57,894 nucleotides of DNA from an uncultured marine group I thaumarchaeote (lineage in GTDB: Archaea; Thermoproteota; Nitrososphaeria; Nitrososphaerales; Nitrosopumilaceae), in NCBI GenBank assembly GCA_902511735.1, contig CABXGK010000001.1, positions 1 through 57,894 of the forward strand, written 5' to 3'. The notes below the pieces were generated by a model that was given only the letters and a program-made list of their open reading frames with translations, made no database searches and was not told the DNA's origin. Below, in pieces: positions 56,032 through 57,894 of this stretch; position 1 is the first letter of the stretch; each line of letters opens with the position of its first letter. A program made the translations under genes and the position numbers.

Positions 56032-56535
56032 TTATGTTGTAACTCGTTGTCTTGATTTGATGAACTCTATACATGGTTTCCAGTCAACATTGAGATATTT
56101 TGTAGGGTCTTTGATTGGATATTTCACCCAGTCTTGAACAATTGAAAAATCATATTTTTTCTCTTTTCCATTTTCTATTGCTTTGATTGCTAAAACACTC
56201 CCCCAAGTTTTTTCTTCTTCGCTAATTTCTAAAATATTGTCAAATGTAATTTTACTGATATGTTTTGGTTTTACTTCTTCTAAATCAATTTGTAAATCTT
56301 TTTCTTCATATCCATCTATTTTGTCAGTCATTGTATTTTTATTTTGCAATAATGTAACAACTTGTCTTTTAGTTGCAGCGCCCCACCATTTTTTCATTCT
56401 TTCAGTTCTTTTTAGAAATATGAAATGATTATCTGTTAGTAATAGCATTCCTTCTTTTCCACCAACACCAAAAAATGACTTTGATTCTCTCCAAACAGAC
56501 ATCAAATGAGTGTGAATTTTTTCATCAAATTCCAT
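56032..56535 (-). CDS. Hypothetical protein, possible PH/GRAM-like fold
   Basis: GMLLLTDNHFIF and KITFDNILEI strand patterns. Confidence 0.6.
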   Translation of the reverse strand: MEFDEKIHTHLMSVWRESKSFFGVGGKEGMLLLTDNHFIFLKRTERMKKWWGAATKRQVVTLLQNKNTMTDKIDGYEEKDLQIDLEEVKPKHISKITFDNILEISEEEKTWGSVLAIKAIENGKEKKYDFSIVQDWVKYPIKDPTKYLNVDWKPCIEFIKSRQRVTT

Positions 56536-56610
56536 AGAACATCTTGAAAAATAGATCGTTAAAAGTCAATTGCAGATCTGATTTTTATTATAGATGCAAT
56601 TTTCAATTTC

Positions 56611-57894
56611 ATGAATGAAAAATTCTTTTCTATACCTTTTGCATTATTAATAATTACACTAGTTCCTCAAGCTTTTGCAGAATATGAAGATACGATTGTA
56701 GTATTGGAGACTGATTCTGGGAGATTAATTATTGAATTTTTCCCACAATTTGCACCAAACCATGTTGAGAACTTTGTAACATTATCGGATGACGGTTTCT
56801 ATACTGGAACTATTTTTCATCGTATAATTGAAGGATTTATGATTCAAGGTGGTGATCCAAAATCTGCAGATCCTTCATATTCAATGTCTGAATGGGGAAC
56901 CGGTGATCCTGGATATTCTCTAGATGCTGAATTTAACAATATTGAACATAAAAGAGGAATTGTTTCAATGGCTCGTTCATCTGATCCTAATAGTGCAGGC
57001 TCTCAATTTTTTATTGTTCAAAAAGATTCAAACTTTTTAGATGGGCAGTACACTGTGTTTGGTAGAATTTTAACAGATGAAAGTTTTGAAACATTAGATA
57101 GAATTGCAACAATGAATACTGCCCCAAATGATCAACCAATGGATGCATGGAGAGCAATTATCAAAAATGTTATAGTGATGGATCGTTCAGAATTAGAAAA
57201 TTTACCTGAATATGAAACTCCAGTAACTACTGCTGAAGGAACACCTCTCATAGCTCCTACAACAAGTCAACCAAACTCTTTTCCTGAGTATGGTTTATCT
57301 TTTACTTCTCCTGCAGGTTGGTTAGTTCAAACACCAGAACCATCTGGTAGTAATCCTGACATTGTTGTTGTTGGACCAAAAACATCTACATCAGCTCCTG
57401 CTGTGTCTTTTGCCATTACTCGTCAAGATGTTACAATTGAAGAAGCAATTAATGGATTAAGACAACAAGTTACTCCTATGATTGAAACAGGCGCATTATC
57501 AATTGTTAGTGAAGAAGGTACTCAGATTAAAGGAAATAATGCATATCTTCTAAAAGCAATTGGTCATTTTGAAAATAGAGAAGGTATAGAAATGAACATT
57601 GGTTTTTCTACACTTCTGATAAAAGTAGATGATATGTTTTACACTGTGCAATATACAAATAATTTAGAAAGTCATGATAGACAATCCAATTATTATAATG
57701 ACATTGTAAATTCGATAGAATTTTCCAATATTGATTTTGCAAAAGTTCCAACCGGCGGTTCAATGTCAGCTGATGATCCTGACTATGATGAAGGTGGATA
57801 TTCCGGAACTTTAGAAAATGAGAAGGAAGGCGGTGGTTGTCTAATTGCAACTGCAGCATTTGGTTCTGAGATGGCACCACAAGTGCAATTCTTG
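56611..57894 (+). CDS. Exported cyclophilin-type peptidyl-prolyl isomerase with extra domain and CFI-box-CTERM start; 3'-truncated by window edge
   Basis: Not in ORF track. Manual translation gives a signal peptide (ending PQAFA), APNHVENF, FHRIIEGFMIQGGDP, RGIVSMAR, AGSQFFI, LDGQYTVFG, and EGGGCLIATAAFGSEMAPQVQFL at the end. Confidence 0.9.
   Translation, partial: MNEKFFSIPFALLIITLVPQAFAEYEDTIVVLETDSGRLIIEFFPQFAPNHVENFVTLSDDGFYTGTIFHRIIEGFMIQGGDPKSADPSYSMSEWGTGDPGYSLDAEFNNIEHKRGIVSMARSSDPNSAGSQFFIVQKDSNFLDGQYTVFGRILTDESFETLDRIATMNTAPNDQPMDAWRAIIKNVIVMDRSELENLPEYETPVTTAEGTPLIAPTTSQPNSFPEYGLSFTSPAGWLVQTPEPSGSNPDIVVVGPKTSTSAPAVSFAITRQDVTIEEAINGLRQQVTPMIETGALSIVSEEGTQIKGNNAYLLKAIGHFENREGIEMNIGFSTLLIKVDDMFYTVQYTNNLESHDRQSNYYNDIVNSIEFSNIDFAKVPTGGSMSADDPDYDEGGYSGTLENEKEGGGCLIATAAFGSEMAPQVQFL

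Noticed and set aside
3675-57880. Many antisense or alternate-frame ORFs in the track (e.g. 3675-4103, 4484-5113, 6722-7246, 17354-17851, 23059-23490, 38453-38680, 39434-39946, 57608-57880)
   Set aside because: They overlap well-supported genes and show shadow-ORF composition with no recognisable motifs.
1-57894. Mobile elements, provirus, tRNA or rRNA genes
   Set aside because: No transposase, integrase, capsid gene, terminal repeats or cloverleaf/rRNA sequence was recognised by eye.

Overview
AT-rich chromosomal segment from a marine ammonia-oxidising archaeon (Nitrososphaerota, Nitrosopumilaceae-like). The assignment is inferred from the gene set: two CdvB/ESCRT-III paralogues, PolD, Cdc6/Orc1, GGGP synthase, cobalamin genes and a CFI-box-CTERM protein. 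Most of the window is core housekeeping: cobalamin, sulfate activation, tRNA/RNA processing, glnA, glyA, thermosome and GINS. It contains a probable replication origin next to cdc6 (~42.0-42.5 kb), lying between the two PolD subunit genes. The best candidate for an undescribed system is just right of the origin. Four small putative DNA-binding proteins (wHTH, RHH, membrane-anchored coiled-coil wHTH, HTH) sit among three motif sets: a GTTAA(C) array, a TCAC/GTGA array written into coding sequence, and distal copies of the origin repeat TTCCAnTCTAGGCR. A related upstream element appears in both cdvB promoters. This suggests an origin-tethering or cell-cycle module, which is a hypothesis only. 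Other observations are two structured ncRNA candidates (one with a canonical K-turn), a MurI-like racemase with both catalytic Cys replaced by Ser, a glycosyltransferase broken by an in-frame TAA, two microproteins below the ORF-track cutoff, and a transmembrane wHTH regulator module with GGAA boxes. No CRISPR array, tRNA, rRNA or mobile element was seen. All family calls come from motif recognition; no database search was run.
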